Part shown: in pieces, positions 62,131 through 64,000 of the stretch
How positions within the stretch are numbered: position 1 is the stretch's first letter
How the letters are laid out: each line of letters starts with the position of its first letter
DNA from: Chrysomallon squamiferum
Lineage: Eukaryota; Animalia; Mollusca
Assembly (NCBI GenBank): GCA_012295275.1
Contig: CM022665.1
Span: forward strand, 16,120,001 to 16,184,000
Direction: 5' to 3'
DNA length: 64,000 nucleotides
Translations under genes and position numbers: made by a program
The notes under the pieces: model-generated
Databases searched by the model: none
The model's input: only the letters and a program-made list of their open reading frames with translations
Told to the model about the DNA's origin: nothing

Positions 62131-63381
62131 TTATTTTACTTCGTTGGGCCACACGCATCGGTGTTGTCTTTGTCCCCAAACTGTGCCACGTGGACAGTCA
62201 AAGCGATAGGCTATCTGGTTTGCACAGTGGTAAAACTGGTTTGGGTATCGAGGATGTGGAATAAATGTGTCTACACCTCGTGGACATAAACCTGAACAAA
62301 AAAAAAAAAAAAAAAAAAATTATATATATATATGTATATATAATTTTGTTAAAACTGAACATTGATATTTCTTTACTGTATCACTAAATAGATCTATCAT
62401 TTCATTTATCTACTTTTTTTTTTCTTTTTTTTGGAGTTACGTGTCCGTAAATTTTGTTCATTCCATCCGTCCATTTATCCTTATATTCTTCAGATTATAT
62501 TCCAGTTTTTGTCTAGTTGTTATGTGTTTGTAACGTCTCTGAATATCTCTCTCTCTATATGTCTGTTGTTCTGTCTGTATGTATGTTTGTCTACCTGTCT
62601 TTCTTTATTCGATCTATCTCTCTGTCTAGTGTCTATATTTCTATGTTCTGTCAGTGTCTGTCTGTCTCTATCTCTCTATCTATGTATCTATCTGACTGTG
62701 TCTATTCTTCAGCCCATCCACCTTTCCTTCCTTCTTTGTCTTTTCTTTCTTTTTTATCATGGTAAAAAAAAAAAAAAAAAAAAGTAAATAGAAAAAATCT
62801 ATAGTTCATTTTGATTTTTCGTTGACTTACTAATAATCTGCGTTGTACTTACGTCCGCACGGCTGACTGTTGCACGGAACAAGACGGTAGTCAGTGAGAT
62901 GAGGGCAGTACTGGTTGTAGTAGCCGTAGTAGCATCTTGTGTATCTGTGCTGTATTTGAAAACCTAGGCCACAGAGCACAGAACACTCACCATCATTCTC
63001 CCAAGGAGTCCAAGTGTAAGGAGGCGCTGTCCTGAATAAAACGAAAAAAAAAAAAAAAATAAAAGTTTTAAAACTGTGAAAAGAAAAGAAATGAAATTAC
63101 AGCTGGATGTAATGTAATAAAGAAAAGACTGAAAGAAAGAACGATAGAATCACAATCAACTGTATGTGTGTGTGTGTGTATGTGTGTGTGTGTGTGTGTG
63201 TGTGTCTGGGTGTGTTATATCGTACGTACACACACACAAACATACATACACATATTCATACATACAAAAAATGTATTCGTACATATGTACGTGCGTCTAT
63301 AATTGAAATGTCGACAGATAATTTAAGATGCATCACCATCTTCTAAATTAAGTGGGTTTATATTTACGACAAGATGTTTAA

Positions 63382-63416
<35 letters not shown>

Positions 63417-63535
63417 ATAGTAGTAGTAGTAAAAGTAATAGTAGTAGTAGCAGTAGTAGTAGGAATAATAATAATAATAGTAATAATTATAGTAATGGTA
63501 ATACAATTAAAACAACAACAAAAACAATAATAACA

Positions 63536-63613
<78 letters not shown>

Positions 63614-63843
63614 TAAATAAATAAATAAATAAATAAATAAATATGTGACATTACAGTCCTGTAAGGGACGCTATCTCATGTTTAAAAGTAATCGTTTTTC
63701 CACGGGGTGCAGCAGATACACTGATTCAGTCTTTAAATAATGGTCATTAATTTAACTGTCAAAATTTACCTGCTGTTTTGGTAAAAACATTCCACTGAAC
63801 AACACAGTAGTAAAAAGACAACCGAATACTTCAGCGCAAACAT
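62131..63843 (-). CDS. Small secreted TSP1 + chitin-binding (CBM14-like) protein, copy C, 137 aa
   Basis: Exons 63843-63770 (MFALKYSVVFLLLCCSVEC...), 63031-62853 (TSP1: WTPWENDGECSVLCGLGFQIQHRYTRCYYGYYNQYC...C...C) and 62291-62131 (CPRGVDTFIPHPRYPNQFYHCANQIAYRFDCPRGTVWGQRQHRCVWPNEVK*). Same AG|ATG start and intron phases as A and B. Not shown on the ORF track. Confidence 0.85.
63380..63641. repeat. (AGT)n/(AAT)n/(AAAT)n compound microsatellite in an intron of copy C
   Basis: Directly visible. Confidence 0.9.
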
Positions 63844-64000
63844 CTGTAATATAAAAATAACAATAATTAAAAATAAGGAAATATATTTGCCATAAATAAT
63901 ATAAATGAAAGAATATACTGACGATGAATATCATAAGTTACACTTTTAAACGAATATTCTGGCCAAACATTATAACTTAACTTTAAACGGAATATTTTAA

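Overview
AT-rich, microsatellite-laden animal genomic DNA, most likely a gastropod mollusc (inferred from the similarity of its kinase to Aplysia PKC Apl II). It is not prokaryotic, so most ORF-track entries are noise and the real genes are spliced. By manual splice and phase tracing I find: (1) a complete 15-exon novel PKC (epsilon/Apl II type) on + (8149-32561), with a 73-bp satellite and a candidate 60-nt cassette exon in its 15-kb intron 2; (2) a convergent 6-exon isoaspartyl peptidase/L-asparaginase (ASRGL1-like) on - (43425-48504); (3) a 57-aa mitoregulin (MTLN)-like microprotein ORF that the ORF track misses (48968-49141, -), placed where the ASRGL1 5' exon should be and so possibly bicistronic with it, plus an adjacent diverged paralogue with a duplicated transmembrane segment (49946-50194); (4) a tandem cluster of three small secreted signal peptide-TSP1-chitin-binding (CBM14-like) genes on - (51977-63843) and one exon remnant. 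Two of these copies share near-identical promoter and chitin-binding exons but have strongly diverged signal and TSP1 exons. Several MITEs, a SINE fragment and many simple repeats are also present. All homology calls are by eye and from memory; no database search was run.
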